This document shows positions 18,059 through 28,228 of a stretch of DNA of 64,000 nt, piece by piece. Source of the stretch: a virus. Its lineage: Duplodnaviria; Caudoviricetes. Made by a program: the position numbers and the translations under genes. The stretch is taken from positions 1 to 64,000 of the IMG/VR virus record IMGVR_UViG_3300032243_000596; one strand, written 5' to 3'. The stretch's first letter is position 1. Every line of letters starts with the position of its first letter. The notes beneath the pieces were generated by a model, which saw nothing but the letters and a program-made list of their open reading frames with translations, did no database searches and was not told where the DNA came from.

Positions 18059-18076
18059 GGGCATCCGAAGATGCCC
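18059..18076 (-). terminator. UUCG terminator
   Basis: GGGCATC-TTCG-GATGCCC-TTTTTT. Confidence 0.85.
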
Positions 18077-18105
18077 CAAGTGGTCATAAGACTATGCTTC
18101 TTATA

Positions 18106-18924
18106 TTAATCGTCTGCCTTGCCGCATCGAGCACGTTTGGCATTGGTCAAAGCACCAAAGTTAACGGGCCATTCTGCACCAGGGGACAGTTCTCGAGCAT
18201 TTGCTGGAAACTTATATTGAACTCCGGCCTGTTGTTGAATTTGTGCCAAAGGAGCGCGAAACTTAGTTAAATCGTTACCCAAGTTAACATAGGGTTTTGT
18301 GTGGGGGAATGCCCAACCAGCAACTTCGTGTGTGGCGTTGTTGATAACGATTTTGTAGAATCCGTGCGGAACAATGACTCCATTACCAATAGTGGGATCG
18401 CCTGCACCATAGAATGCACCAACGTAGATTGTAAATGGTTGATTTAGTTGCACTGCCCATCCGCGTACACTTGTTTCCAATAGTTTCCAAATACCACGAT
18501 TTAGGCTACCGTGTTGTGGATACATATTGGTCATTAGGAATGATTCGTACTCTACCTGTGCTGTCCAACTTAGATCGCCGTCCGGAGCAGCGTGTCCCTT
18601 GTCGTAGCCTGTACCAGCGTAGTCATCTGGACGAGCACCTGTGCCATTTAAACTGGCATCAGCCACAAAAGCATTTGTTCTGGGAAAGCACCCTAGTGCG
18701 TTTTTTGGTAGTAGTGTGTAGGCCACATAGGCAGGAATCTTAACAGGAGCGTCATATGCTACCAAATATGCTTCCCGGCAAATAGGAGTAGAAGGTCTTG
18801 CTGTTTGTGCAAAACCATAAGGACTATGCGGCTGGCAGGCCTGTGGTGGCAGTGGGGCACGTTGGTCCCAAGCAAAAGAATTAGCGGATAAGAACAAGGC
18901 AAGAACTGCCAATAATTTTTTCAT
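18106..18924 (-). CDS. secreted DNA/RNA non-specific endonuclease (NucA/EndA family)
   Basis: signal peptide; YDKGH, TNMYPQHGSLNRGIWKLLE. Confidence 0.9.
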   Translation of the reverse strand: MKKLLAVLALFLSANSFAWDQRAPLPPQACQPHSPYGFAQTARPSTPICREAYLVAYDAPVKIPAYVAYTLLPKNALGCFPRTNAFVADASLNGTGARPDDYAGTGYDKGHAAPDGDLSWTAQVEYESFLMTNMYPQHGSLNRGIWKLLETSVRGWAVQLNQPFTIYVGAFYGAGDPTIGNGVIVPHGFYKIVINNATHEVAGWAFPHTKPYVNLGNDLTKFRAPLAQIQQQAGVQYKFPANARELSPGAEWPVNFGALTNAKRARCGKADD

Positions 18925-18972
18925 TGAAATACACCTTAAAGATAATATAGTGTATTTAGCGCGGTTATTACT

Positions 18973-19218
18973 TTATGGCACCAGCAACCAGCCTTGGCCG
19001 GAGATTCTATGATACCAGCAGTAAAAAGGTTCATCGATAGTCAATACACCATTGCTGGTCAGGTGTGTATATTTAGGCAGTATTTCTATTTCGTCAATTG
19101 TTACTGTATTTTTAGCATCAAACACCAACAGGTCGTGCAGACCCCGGGTAAACGTTTGATCGTCTACCCTAACAGTCAATTGGGGATCAGTAGCCTGCAG
19201 ATCTGAAAGCGTTTTCAT
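18973..19218 (-). CDS. hypothetical protein
   Basis: ORF in operon context. Confidence 0.55.
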   Translation of the reverse strand: MKTLSDLQATDPQLTVRVDDQTFTRGLHDLLVFDAKNTVTIDEIEILPKYTHLTSNGVLTIDEPFYCWYHRISGQGWLLVP

Positions 19219-20461
19219 ATTCGGGCAAATAATCTAGTACAGAATTTTTCCTGCTGGATTCCATTAATTTTAAGTAGTCGACCAGATCCGGAAGCAAGTG
19301 GCTGAGATCCGGTTCTTGTTCTAAATAGGCAATATAACTAGCTGCATCTTGTAATATCTGTTGACGGCTATAATTAGAATTACGGTGATTTACAATTTGT
19401 TCTGTCACCGTAATCTGATGTCCCTGCAACCAGGTTTTTAATTGTTCAATAACCTGTTCACGTAACTCTACTGGCAATACAGCAGGCTTCATATATTCGG
19501 GATGGCTGATAAAGTTACAACTTTCAATGGCAATATTATATCTATAAGCATAGTCATAAACTGTGTGCAAATGCAGTATAGACAGTACATTAGGAGTAAC
19601 TCTCAATTGCAAAAGCCATTTGTTTTGCTGGCCTATCCTAATCCAACGCTCAAGTGTTTTTTGAACCGCGCCAATCTCACTGGGCCAACGTATATAATCG
19701 TTTGCAGGATCAAAACACTCTATGCTCATACCCAAATTCACACCGCCAAACTTTGTTAATAAATCTACAACTTCCTCGTCCCATACAGTCAGTCCTGTAG
19801 TAAATCCTATGGTAATATGTGCTGCAATACCTTGTTCTACTAAAATTCTAAGAATAACTTTAAATGCTGGTGTTATTATTGTTTCACCACCAATAAAATG
19901 AATGTACTTGGTTTTGGGGCTTGATTTAAGTGCCTGTATAAACTTGTCCAATAATACAGGATCTTCACACCAACTGACTTTAGGAATTTTTTCTATTATT
20001 TTTAAACGATGCCATTCGGCAGCAAGTCTGGAACTGTACAAGGGGTGGCAAAATAAACAGGCACTGTTACAGTAATTACCAAGATCAATTTGCCAATCTT
20101 GTACTCCAATATCAGCTGACGGATCAAGAAATGTATCAAACCAAGGACTGCTCAGTAGACTCTTATCAAAATACTCTAAACGAACTCCGGTCTTCAATAG
20201 TTGTTTTTGCCTGCCACTGATCTTGCCGTACTTTTCCATTTTATAGCAGTCGCTACATCCTGCTGTTGCACGGCCCGATGTCATAGCAGTTCTAATTTCT
20301 GCCATTTCATTTTTAAAATAGTCCAGCGGGTCAATATTTCTAATATTGACTGGTGCGGGTCTACTGTCACGCTCTAACCATCTACAATATTCATATTCCC
20401 CGACGTTGTTAATACGCATATGGAACCAAGGGCTGGGGCAAAAATATTGTTTAAGGCTCAT
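19187..20461 (-). CDS. radical SAM protein with N-terminal SPASM/twitch-like region
   Basis: CNSACLFC; CPSPW...C...CSDC; GGETII. Confidence 0.85.
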   Translation of the reverse strand: MSLKQYFCPSPWFHMRINNVGEYEYCRWLERDSRPAPVNIRNIDPLDYFKNEMAEIRTAMTSGRATAGCSDCYKMEKYGKISGRQKQLLKTGVRLEYFDKSLLSSPWFDTFLDPSADIGVQDWQIDLGNYCNSACLFCHPLYSSRLAAEWHRLKIIEKIPKVSWCEDPVLLDKFIQALKSSPKTKYIHFIGGETIITPAFKVILRILVEQGIAAHITIGFTTGLTVWDEEVVDLLTKFGGVNLGMSIECFDPANDYIRWPSEIGAVQKTLERWIRIGQQNKWLLQLRVTPNVLSILHLHTVYDYAYRYNIAIESCNFISHPEYMKPAVLPVELREQVIEQLKTWLQGHQITVTEQIVNHRNSNYSRQQILQDAASYIAYLEQEPDLSHLLPDLVDYLKLMESSRKNSVLDYLPEYENAFRSAGY

Positions 20462-21048
20462 CGTTTGCGTACAATCTCATCTGCCAGTCCATAAGTCACT
20501 GCTTCTTCTGCACTCATAAAATAATCACGTTCCATATCTGTACTTAGTTCGTCGAATGTTTTACCAGCCGAATTATGGTCCACGTAGATCTGTGTTAAGG
20601 TCTGTTTCATTTTAAGAATTTCTCTCACTTGAATTTCCATATCTGTAGCCTGGCCACCGGCGCCGCCGCTGGGTTGATGGATCATATGACGGGCATTGGG
20701 TAATATGAGCCTTTTACCTTTGGCTCCTGCGGTGGCAAGTAAACTGCCCATACTACAGGCCTGGCCCATAACAATGGTGCTGACATCAGGCTTGATAAAC
20801 TGCATTGTGTCGTAAATGGCCATACCAGCAGTAACAACTCCGCCTGGACTATTGATATAGAATAAAATATCAGCGTCGGGGTTTTCACTTTCTAAAAATA
20901 GCATCTGTGCTACTACAAGACTGGCTGAATGTTCATTGACATCAGTGTCCAACATTACAATGCGGTCTTTGAGCAAACGACTATAAATGTCGTAAGCACG
21001 TTCGCCGTTGCTGGTTTTTTCTAGTACGGTTGGTACAAAGTTTGGCAT
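20458..21048 (-). CDS. clpP: ATP-dependent Clp protease proteolytic subunit
   Basis: [23 protein letters not shown] (Ser), MIHQP (His), RDYFM (Asp); promoter at 21066-21094. Confidence 0.95.
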   Translation of the reverse strand: MPNFVPTVLEKTSNGERAYDIYSRLLKDRIVMLDTDVNEHSASLVVAQMLFLESENPDADILFYINSPGGVVTAGMAIYDTMQFIKPDVSTIVMGQACSMGSLLATAGAKGKRLILPNARHMIHQPSGGAGGQATDMEIQVREILKMKQTLTQIYVDHNSAGKTFDELSTDMERDYFMSAEEAVTYGLADEIVRKR

Positions 21049-21090
21049 AATTTCTCCTATGTTACATTATACAGGAGAAAGTGACTCAGG

Positions 21091-21618
21091 TCAACACTTG
21101 TGAAAATCCTGATGTTTGAACCAACGCCGTTGTCCAAAAGATATTTTCAAGTTTAGATCGTAATATTCAAAACGTTCACGCCACATATAAAAACTGGGAC
21201 CGTGAGCGCCTGACTTTTCATACATAGGCCGGCCATAGTGTCCAAAGTGTTCCCAACGATAAATGTCCCACTGATATTGATGCACCATTTCGTGCGCCAT
21301 AGTGTTCATAAACCACTGGGGACAAAACCATTTGTCCATCAAGTTAATGCGACACCAAGTGCCGTTTTTCTTTTCTTTCAGCCAATTGCAGTAGCCCCAG
21401 GCCTTGCGAAGTGTGCCCTGTGTAATTTCTGGCTGCTTCAAGGCGCTGTCAAATATGTATCGGTTAATTATGTTGTAGGCGTAGGTAACGTCTGCGTCAC
21501 TGGGCCTAAAGCTCTTACGTCTCTGACTCGTTATGCTGGGCAACGGTTCAGCCATTATTGCTCGTATTGGGTTGGATCTGGCCACAAAAAAGCCCTCGCT
21601 GTGGTATTTAACTACCAC
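21091..21618 (-). CDS. SprT-like zinc metalloprotease
   Basis: AHEMVH, HGPSF; start uncertain. Confidence 0.75.
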   Translation of the reverse strand: MVVKYHSEGFFVARSNPIRAIMAEPLPSITSQRRKSFRPSDADVTYAYNIINRYIFDSALKQPEITQGTLRKAWGYCNWLKEKKNGTWCRINLMDKWFCPQWFMNTMAHEMVHQYQWDIYRWEHFGHYGRPMYEKSGAHGPSFYMWRERFEYYDLNLKISFGQRRWFKHQDFHKC

Positions 21619-21644
21619 GCAAGGGCTTATAAACTTAGCAGTTA

Positions 21645-22448
21645 TTAGTTAGATTGAATTACTGTTTTACCCACTACCAGCTCAGATCCAGACTTGAGAG
21701 CGTCGGCAGATGCCTTGTTGATGGCGCGAAGACGTGCTTCATCTGCTGTTTTGAACTCAGTGTAGTCTGTGTCCGATTTGCTCTGTGGACCAGCTGACGC
21801 TGGGGGTGCTGTTTCAGTGCGTGGACCGATTTCCTGTTTTATTTTGGCATCAGCACGTTCGGCTGTGTCACGCTCTCGCTCGTTGACTCGTTCCAAGTCC
21901 TGCTGTGAACGGGCTGCACGTAGCTCAGTTTCACGCTTTAAACGAGTCTGTTCACGCTCTTTACGCAAAGGATTATTTTCTGCCAAGGGGTAACGAAGCA
22001 GTACATAGACCTTATAAGTGCGGCCATCAAACACCGATTGACTGTCCACACGCTGTGCGCCGATAAGTTCGCCATCTGCTGTTTTGTTGACAGTGACTTC
22101 TGTGCGCTCACTCATAGCGTCACCTGTGTCTAGCCTAAAACTCTTGGTATTGCTACGCACACGGGCAGTCATCATTTCTACCAATTTGCGTTCAGCCTGT
22201 AGGCGTGCCTTGTCGTAGGCCATTTGCTCGTCCACACTGGTAGCGGTGGCCGCACTAAACAACATATATGGAGTATCGTCGGGCAAGCGAACGAACCACG
22301 TGGGTGCGGCGCCGGGTTTAACAGGTTCAGCCTGTTTCATAGCATAAGGATGCGGAGCCGGAGCTACCTTTTCATCGGATCCAAACCAGCCAGCATTGGC
22401 AGTAAGGGCCACAGAGAGTGCAACAAGTGCAGAAAGATTGCGTTTCAT
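21645..22448 (-). CDS. periplasmic LPP20-like protein
   Basis: signal peptide; PTWF...A...A...AR pattern; promoter at 22478-22506. Confidence 0.55.
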   Translation of the reverse strand: MKRNLSALVALSVALTANAGWFGSDEKVAPAPHPYAMKQAEPVKPGAAPTWFVRLPDDTPYMLFSAATATSVDEQMAYDKARLQAERKLVEMMTARVRSNTKSFRLDTGDAMSERTEVTVNKTADGELIGAQRVDSQSVFDGRTYKVYVLLRYPLAENNPLRKEREQTRLKRETELRAARSQQDLERVNERERDTAERADAKIKQEIGPRTETAPPASAGPQSKSDTDYTEFKTADEARLRAINKASADALKSGSELVVGKTVIQSN

Positions 22449-22492
22449 AAAAACCTCATCTAGTTAATGATGTGTATATTATACACGATTGA

Positions 22493-23140
22493 TTAAAATT
22501 TGTCAACTACTTGCCAAACATTTGATTGTATTTGACAAGCAATGACCGTAAATTGAGCCACATCTTTAAACCAGCGACAGGTCGTTTGGTTATAAGTCAA
22601 GGCCGGCAGTCGAATAGGTAGCAAATGTTCTTCCCTAACAACCTCACCTAACCGAACCTGTCGGAGCTCAATTCCAGGTTCTTCAATCCTCACAGATTTT
22701 CTGTAAGTTTCGATATGTCCGTTGGGCATTGCTGTTGTGCGCGATTCGAATCGTTCTTGGAATCGCTCAGGCAATGTCTGCGGATTAAAGCGAGCATCAC
22801 TGACCCCCACCGGTCCTGAGTAAGTGCCCGGGCAGTAAGTTCGTATGGACCACATTTTGACACGAGCCACATTATTAAGTCTGCGCTGTTCCTGTGGCAA
22901 CTGTTCAGGTTGCTGCGGGCTACGACCCACACGACTTTCTAACACGGTCATAATGTATTCTTTGTTGGTACAGTCAATCCCGATGTTGGCAATTTGCTCA
23001 TAATTTAATTGCGCGACGGCAGGATGACTGTTAACTTGGTATACAGTAATTGTGGGTCCAGTGGCAGGTGGTGGAGCGGGAGGCAAGCTGGTACAGGCCA
23101 TCAACTGACAAAAGAATGAACCAACAAATAGTGGTGTCAT
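22493..23140 (-). CDS. putative lipoprotein
   Basis: start moved to MTPLF; lipobox-like LMAC followed by a Pro-rich linker. Confidence 0.6.
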   Translation of the reverse strand: MTPLFVGSFFCQLMACTSLPPAPPPATGPTITVYQVNSHPAVAQLNYEQIANIGIDCTNKEYIMTVLESRVGRSPQQPEQLPQEQRRLNNVARVKMWSIRTYCPGTYSGPVGVSDARFNPQTLPERFQERFESRTTAMPNGHIETYRKSVRIEEPGIELRQVRLGEVVREEHLLPIRLPALTYNQTTCRWFKDVAQFTVIACQIQSNVWQVVDKF

Positions 23141-23141
23141 T

Positions 23142-23303
23142 TTACTTGCGAGTTTTGTAGCCCACAAGTGTTTGCTTGATCGCGGACCCTGCGGTCTTGG
23201 GATCCACGCTGGCGTTACGAATAACATAGCGTATGGCCTCCTCGGTACTGAGTTGAAGATGAAAAATAGCCGTATTGGCTGCGTTTAGTGCATAGTCGCT
23301 CAT
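23142..23303 (-). CDS. hypothetical protein
   Basis: start MSDYAL with GAGGAG SD. Confidence 0.65.
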   Translation of the reverse strand: MSDYALNAANTAIFHLQLSTEEAIRYVIRNASVDPKTAGSAIKQTLVGYKTRK

Positions 23304-23339
23304 ATCGTTCTCCTCGGTTGAAAAATTATTAATCATTGA

Positions 23340-23714
23340 TTACCAGCTGGAATTATAAAAAACTTTTAGTCCACTGAACAATTCTGTTCGTGCTTTTTTA
23401 ATAAACTCTAGATCTTGTTCTCGATAATGATCATCTGCCCCATCACCAAAGAAGAATCCCTGGGTAGAAGGCAATTTACCTTTGTTAATATCCTGTTCAA
23501 GTTCGTCAATATCTTGCCAATCAAGTTCTAGCTCGATACCATTGAATGTGTGCTGTTCAGGGTCACGGCCTTCTGCTTGCATTTTGTATCGCCACAACTG
23601 TTCCATCCAACCGTGTAGGTTAGGGTGCTTACGCCAGTAGGCAATTTCACGTTGTTCTGTTTCCCAGTCTGCCTCTGGCTTGGTGGCAGTATATGCGTAC
23701 ATATCCAAACCCAT
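23340..23714 (-). CDS. phage hypothetical protein
   Basis: MGLDMY...YWRKHPNLHGWM...YNSSW. Confidence 0.8.
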   Translation of the reverse strand: MGLDMYAYTATKPEADWETEQREIAYWRKHPNLHGWMEQLWRYKMQAEGRDPEQHTFNGIELELDWQDIDELEQDINKGKLPSTQGFFFGDGADDHYREQDLEFIKKARTELFSGLKVFYNSSW

Positions 23715-23715
23715 T

Positions 23716-23940
23716 TTATTTTCCCAGGGTAAATTGTTTCAACAAGGACTGTGCTTGGGACATATCCTCAACTTGATCAAGCAACTCTGCTTCTTGTTCT
23801 AAGATCTCTCGACGAGCAGTACGGATCAATTCCATAGCATACTGCAACTCATCGTCTGCGGCTTGGTCTGCCCAATCATCAAACTCCTGTTGACTGCCAT
23901 TAATGAAAAAATTCAAGTTATCTCGATCGAAGTCATTCAT
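23716..23940 (-). CDS. hypothetical protein
   Basis: GGAG SD, operon context. Confidence 0.65.
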   Translation of the reverse strand: MNDFDRDNLNFFINGSQQEFDDWADQAADDELQYAMELIRTARREILEQEAELLDQVEDMSQAQSLLKQFTLGK

Positions 23941-23952
23941 TGCATATACTCC

Positions 23953-24168
23953 TTAAACGTAAAAATCTGATTTAAAACCGCAGGCATCGTAAACAATTTC
24001 ACGAACCATAGTGTCTGTAGCCTCACCATAAGTGGGCTCCTTGGCCAATTGACAAAGTAAACTGTAAGTCTCAGGCCAAGTAAGGCGTTTGATCTTTGCG
24101 TTGTCAACGATCTCAGCGATCAGGTCGTTACCCACATCGCTAAACATACCAAAATATTGATCTGTCAT
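23953..24168 (-). CDS. hypothetical protein
   Basis: AAAGGA SD, operon context. Confidence 0.65.
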   Translation of the reverse strand: MTDQYFGMFSDVGNDLIAEIVDNAKIKRLTWPETYSLLCQLAKEPTYGEATDTMVREIVYDACGFKSDFYV

Positions 24169-24186
24169 TTTCAGTATCCTTTTCTA

Positions 24187-24465
24187 TTACATTGACCAAA
24201 AAGTTTCGCTGGCAGGACTGCAACAATTTGGGGTGTTGACATCTTCCAGAAATTCTTGCCCTGTCATTAAGTTTGTACGGGTGACCATCTTGGGTTTGTA
24301 ATACTTGGTGTCAATAATGCTGAGTTCGGAAACATTGTAACCTGCTTTATTGCACAAACGAGTTCTGGTGGCACGAGCGGCACCAAAAGTTTTATATGCA
24401 CGAGTACGATTTGGGCCATCTGTAACGATATATCCAGTGCCCTTGGCAACAATATAAAAGCTCAT
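24187..24465 (-). CDS. early hypothetical protein
   Basis: start MSFYIV behind AAGGAG and promoter at 24496-24524. Confidence 0.7.
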   Translation of the reverse strand: MSFYIVAKGTGYIVTDGPNRTRAYKTFGAARATRTRLCNKAGYNVSELSIIDTKYYKPKMVTRTNLMTGQEFLEDVNTPNCCSPASETFWSM

Positions 24466-24467
24466 TT

Positions 24468-24504
24468 CCAACTCCTTTTTAGTTACAATACAAGTATTAT
24501 ACAA
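24468..24504. repeat. 37-bp direct repeat, copy 1 (-10 box plus SD)
   Basis: CCAACTCCTTTTTAGTTACAATACAAGTATTATACAA, identical to 24815-24851. Confidence 0.95.
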
Positions 24505-24533
24505 TAAATGCCATTTTTGGTCAACCAAAAATT

Positions 24534-24553
24534 AGTAGTACCTAAGTACTACT
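24534..24553. repeat. promoter-associated perfect palindrome
   Basis: AGTAGTAC-CTAA-GTACTACT. Confidence 0.85.
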
Positions 24554-24554
24554 T

Positions 24555-24812
24555 TTAGTACTCCAAAACCAAGTTAGAATCAATGCTCAATAACTCGCGA
24601 GCACAAGCATACAAGAATGTACTCTTGCGTACCAAGGCCGCACCACGCACTTCACCATCGCAGGTCAAGTTTTCTGGGCTAAGGTCCGACTCTAGCAAGT
24701 CAGCAATACGCTGGCGATCGCCAGTAGTTTCCAAAGTGAGTGGTTTATAACCAAAGATTGCATTCCACTCGTTTTTTTGTTTGACATACTGTTCTATAGT
24801 GCTGATGTTCAT
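24555..24812 (-). CDS. early hypothetical protein
   Basis: start MNISTI; DLSPENLTCDGE motif. Confidence 0.75.
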   Translation of the reverse strand: MNISTIEQYVKQKNEWNAIFGYKPLTLETTGDRQRIADLLESDLSPENLTCDGEVRGAALVRKSTFLYACARELLSIDSNLVLEY

Positions 24813-24814
24813 CG

Positions 24815-24851
24815 CCAACTCCTTTTTAGTTACAATACAAGTATTATACAA
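24815..24851. repeat. 37-bp direct repeat, copy 2
   Basis: identical to 24468-24504. Confidence 0.95.
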
Positions 24852-24870
24852 CCAAAATGAATTTTGAGCA

Positions 24871-24890
24871 AGTACTACTAAGGTATTACT
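24871..24890. repeat. promoter-associated palindrome variant
   Basis: AGTACTAC-TAAG-GTATTACT abutting the -35. Confidence 0.65.
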
Positions 24891-25677
24891 AAAACGGAGC
24901 CGCGTCTACTTGTATAAACAGATCGTGCAGTTCCTGGCGGCTCAGCTGATCCAAATCTACGTCGGCGCTCAAGTTGAATCTAATAGGTTTGTAAAACAAG
25001 TAGTCGGAACCAAAACTGGCTCTTATGTTGTGTGCCATTATGTGATGAGCCAACAGTTGATGATGCGTCTTACCTTCCAAGATTTGATTGTAGAATTGTT
25101 TGGTGATTTGTGATCTAGCGTCCAGCACTCTAGCAGAAATTAGATCGTGCGTAAATGAATTAGTTCTCAAGTAAACATCAACAATTGATGCGTAGCCGCT
25201 GGTATTGATCCAAACTGCATTGCCCATACTACTGTCATCCGCTGTGCTTAATTCAAGATCTTGTAAGGGATAAAAAGGAGTTGGATATGTATCTAAACGA
25301 AAATAAATGTCGGGCCTTGTGTCAATGACCTGATCATAGATAAAATCGCCCTGTATTTCTTTTTCTCTTTTAAGTATATTGCCTACTTTGCTCAAGTAGG
25401 CCTTGAGATAGTAGGTATGATTTCGAGCAACGCTTTCTGTGGGTATGATTTTAAAGCTGACCAAACGATGTTGTTCATCGAAATATCGTGTAACATCTTG
25501 GTCTATGACAGGTCGATATGTGGGATTCCATCTAGACGATGCAATGGTTGTATCCCAAGTTACAAAATAATAATCTATCTGTTCAGCACGACCAGCAAAA
25601 GTCTTAAAAAAATATTTGTGGCTGATGTCCCAGGTCCTGTACTCTCCAGCAACGATGACTGCCAGTCTTTTTAACAT
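24889..25677 (-). CDS. glycosyltransferase-like hypothetical protein (paralog of next gene)
   Basis: AVIVAGEYRT...YDQVIDTRPD. Confidence 0.55.
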   Translation of the reverse strand: MLKRLAVIVAGEYRTWDISHKYFFKTFAGRAEQIDYYFVTWDTTIASSRWNPTYRPVIDQDVTRYFDEQHRLVSFKIIPTESVARNHTYYLKAYLSKVGNILKREKEIQGDFIYDQVIDTRPDIYFRLDTYPTPFYPLQDLELSTADDSSMGNAVWINTSGYASIVDVYLRTNSFTHDLISARVLDARSQITKQFYNQILEGKTHHQLLAHHIMAHNIRASFGSDYLFYKPIRFNLSADVDLDQLSRQELHDLFIQVDAAPF

Positions 25678-26843
25678 ATATGTTCAATCCTTATATCACA
25701 TTTTACAAATAAATCCATAAGACTAAATTCGTCAGATCTCGTTGGATGTTGTTCTCTAATTTTATAAACATTTCCAATTAAACTGAATAAGTCCGGGTGA
25801 CAATAAAAATTACATTCAGACAAGGGATCATTAGAAACGTAAACAGTATCTAATCTGGCATAAGGTAACAGTTTAAAAAAATTATCTGGGTGATCCTTGT
25901 CGTTTTGAATAAATCGTACCCAATCATATTTTTCATTATTAAAATAACATATTTGATCTATTCTCAAGGCTGCATAACGTAAACTATCAATTAAAGATTT
26001 ACCGTTGGCTTCAATGAATATGTTATTGGTTGCAGTAAACTCTGTTATCAAAGTATTATGATAAACACTAATAAATTTAGGTCTAGGTCTGGTTTCTGTG
26101 TACTCATAACTAGAACCATTGATTTCATCACTACTTAAACTATTCAAATCAACACCCGCCAGTCCAGGATTGCGTACCACATTGATAAATGCGTAATCCG
26201 TAATCTCGATTCTTTTTATATTGTGCGTGACTAACCAGTCAGCGTACCTACTGTGATGATCATATTCGTATTGATCAGCAAATGCCAGTCTGGGTCTGAA
26301 CATTTCTTCTCGATCAAATTTGGATATTCTGTCGGCAACAATATTGTGTGTGGCACTGTCGGTTCTAATATAACAGTCATCCATAAAAAAGTGTCCGTTT
26401 ATTGTTTCGATCTTGTGACCCCCGTATTCCAAGGGCCCGCACAAGGGCCAAGCCAAATTTAAATCTTGTCGCAAATACATATCGGGTCTGGTTTCTACCA
26501 CTTGGTCATAGATAAAATGATTCCTACATTCCTCTTCGCGCTTTAATCGGATACCAATTTTAGACAGATAGGCCATTCTATAGTATGTGTGTTTTTTGGG
26601 TATATCGTCGACTATTTGATAATCAACTAACTTTTCATTGACAAAGTATTTGGTAATGTCATCCTCAGTTATAGTAACTGGTTCTTGGTAATATCGTGTG
26701 TTGTGTCCTCCGGTTACGGCCCAAGTTATGAAATAATAGTCCACGTGGACTGCTTTGGTTTTAAAAAACTCAAACAGGTATCGGTGCGTGACGGCAAAGG
26801 TTCTATATTGCCCCACAAGCATTACGGCTAGTCGATTGATCAT
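25671..26843 (-). CDS. glycosyltransferase-like hypothetical protein
   Basis: AVMLVGQYRT...YDQVVETRPD; TAAATA-N5-ATG. Confidence 0.55.
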   Translation of the reverse strand: MINRLAVMLVGQYRTFAVTHRYLFEFFKTKAVHVDYYFITWAVTGGHNTRYYQEPVTITEDDITKYFVNEKLVDYQIVDDIPKKHTYYRMAYLSKIGIRLKREEECRNHFIYDQVVETRPDMYLRQDLNLAWPLCGPLEYGGHKIETINGHFFMDDCYIRTDSATHNIVADRISKFDREEMFRPRLAFADQYEYDHHSRYADWLVTHNIKRIEITDYAFINVVRNPGLAGVDLNSLSSDEINGSSYEYTETRPRPKFISVYHNTLITEFTATNNIFIEANGKSLIDSLRYAALRIDQICYFNNEKYDWVRFIQNDKDHPDNFFKLLPYARLDTVYVSNDPLSECNFYCHPDLFSLIGNVYKIREQHPTRSDEFSLMDLFVKCDIRIEHIC

Positions 26844-26865
26844 TTAAATATTTACCGTAAAAAGA

Positions 26866-26883
26866 AAGGACCCGAAGGTCCTT
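26866..26883 (-). terminator. UUCG terminator
   Basis: AAGGACC-TTCG-GGTCCTT. Confidence 0.8.
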
Positions 26884-26902
26884 ATTGTGGAGTAATTTAA
26901 AA

Positions 26903-27172
26903 TTACTTCTTGGCAGTTTTGAAAGCTTCGGTGACTTTGTCAAAAGCCTTGAACCAGTCATACTTGGCCGCTTCTTGTGTCATCTTGACTGTTTCGCTGG
27001 CAACTGTAGTGGCTGTGTCCAGGCCTACTTTGGCAGCTTTTTTAGTGTAATCAGCTTGGGCATCAATGAACACGATCATTGCGTCTTTTACTTTTTCGTT
27101 GGTTACAAATGTGTTAACAAATGTTTTCTTACCTGTTTGGATTAGGTCGATGGTTGCGTCTGGTGTAAACAT
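26903..27172 (-). CDS. amphipathic helical protein, tentatively phasin-like
   Basis: Ala/Lys/Thr-rich helix; strong SD; function is a guess. Confidence 0.5.
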   Translation of the reverse strand: MFTPDATIDLIQTGKKTFVNTFVTNEKVKDAMIVFIDAQADYTKKAAKVGLDTATTVASETVKMTQEAAKYDWFKAFDKVTEAFKTAKK

Positions 27173-27177
27173 AATTT

Positions 27178-27193
27178 CTCCTTAAAAAGCGAG
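27178..27193 (-). promoter_or_regulatory. ROSE-like SD-sequestering hairpin
   Basis: CUCGCU-UUUUA-AGGAG with bulged G. Confidence 0.5.
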
Positions 27194-27335
27194 TTTACTA
27201 TACTGTGGGCCCGCACCGTGCAGCACCCTACTGAGTATTTATTGATTATATGCTCAGCTGGACCAAATAATCAAGTGTTTTCACTAGTGAGCTGTCACTA
27301 ATTTTAAAGTCATCAACCGCCAAATAAATATACAT

Positions 27336-27917
27336 ATGAAAAATTATTTTCGATTAAATCTTACATTTAATCCGTTAAACAATAAATTCCAATTCCCACA
27401 AGTAGCTAATTTTAATGATGGTCCCTTAAATCGTTGGCAAATATTTTTACCACAAGCAGAAGAACTGCTGAGTTCTGAATGTTTGGATTTTATTAGATCT
27501 TTGGACTTAGAACCTGATAAGTGTCATTTATTTGGCGGTGGACCTGGATATACTGCGCCGATTCATATAGACGGGTACGGAACTGGCCAAGGACCGTTGT
27601 GGGCTATTAATTGGATATATGGTGCTGAAAAATCGCAGATGCGCTGGTATAAACCGCTTCAAGCAGGAATATCAAATTTTACACCAGCGAATACACCACA
27701 AGTACTTTTCACAGAAGATGAGCTTGAACTAGTTGACTGTTATCAGTTTGATAAAGATAACCAAGGGCCTATTCTAGTTCGAACAGATGTACCACATACT
27801 GCAATAAATCAAGATTTGAACAATGCAAGATGGTGTTTAAGCGTTAGAGTCAAAAGAACTCGAATCAATGATTGGTTTTCCGCAGTGAAAACTTTTAAGC
27901 CGTATCTAATTCAATAA
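27336..27917 (+). CDS. 2OG-Fe(II)/cupin-like protein
   Basis: IHIDG...VPH; TAAATA-N5-ATG. Confidence 0.55.
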   Translation: MKNYFRLNLTFNPLNNKFQFPQVANFNDGPLNRWQIFLPQAEELLSSECLDFIRSLDLEPDKCHLFGGGPGYTAPIHIDGYGTGQGPLWAINWIYGAEKSQMRWYKPLQAGISNFTPANTPQVLFTEDELELVDCYQFDKDNQGPILVRTDVPHTAINQDLNNARWCLSVRVKRTRINDWFSAVKTFKPYLIQ

Positions 27918-27955
27918 GGTTAAATAAAGTATCTATCAATTAAGGAGATATCAAA

Positions 27956-28228
27956 ATGGAAGTTTTACTAGTAATCGGTTTTATTGTTATTGTTGGTGGT
28001 TTAGCGGTTCGCCTAATCAGCACAGCCAATAACAAAACAACGGTGACAGTGTCAGATCCAACACCTGTAGCAACTGTGCAAGAAATTGCCAATGCCGCAG
28101 AAACCGCACCCGCACCTGCACCTGTGGTAGAAGCTGCACCAGCCAAAAAAACAAGAGCCCCGGCAAAAGCCAAGGCTCCTGCTACAGCTAAAAAAGCCGC
28201 TGCACCAAAGTCTAAAAAATCAGTTTAA
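27956..28228 (+). CDS. membrane-anchored protein with Ala/Pro/Lys-rich tail
   Basis: N-terminal TM helix; KKAAAPK repeats; AAGGAG SD. Confidence 0.75.
   Translation: MEVLLVIGFIVIVGGLAVRLISTANNKTTVTVSDPTPVATVQEIANAAETAPAPAPVVEAAPAKKTRAPAKAKAPATAKKAAAPKSKKSV

Noticed and set aside
27278-27309. Pho box at CTGTCAC
   Set aside because: Single half-site; no partner at 11-bp spacing.
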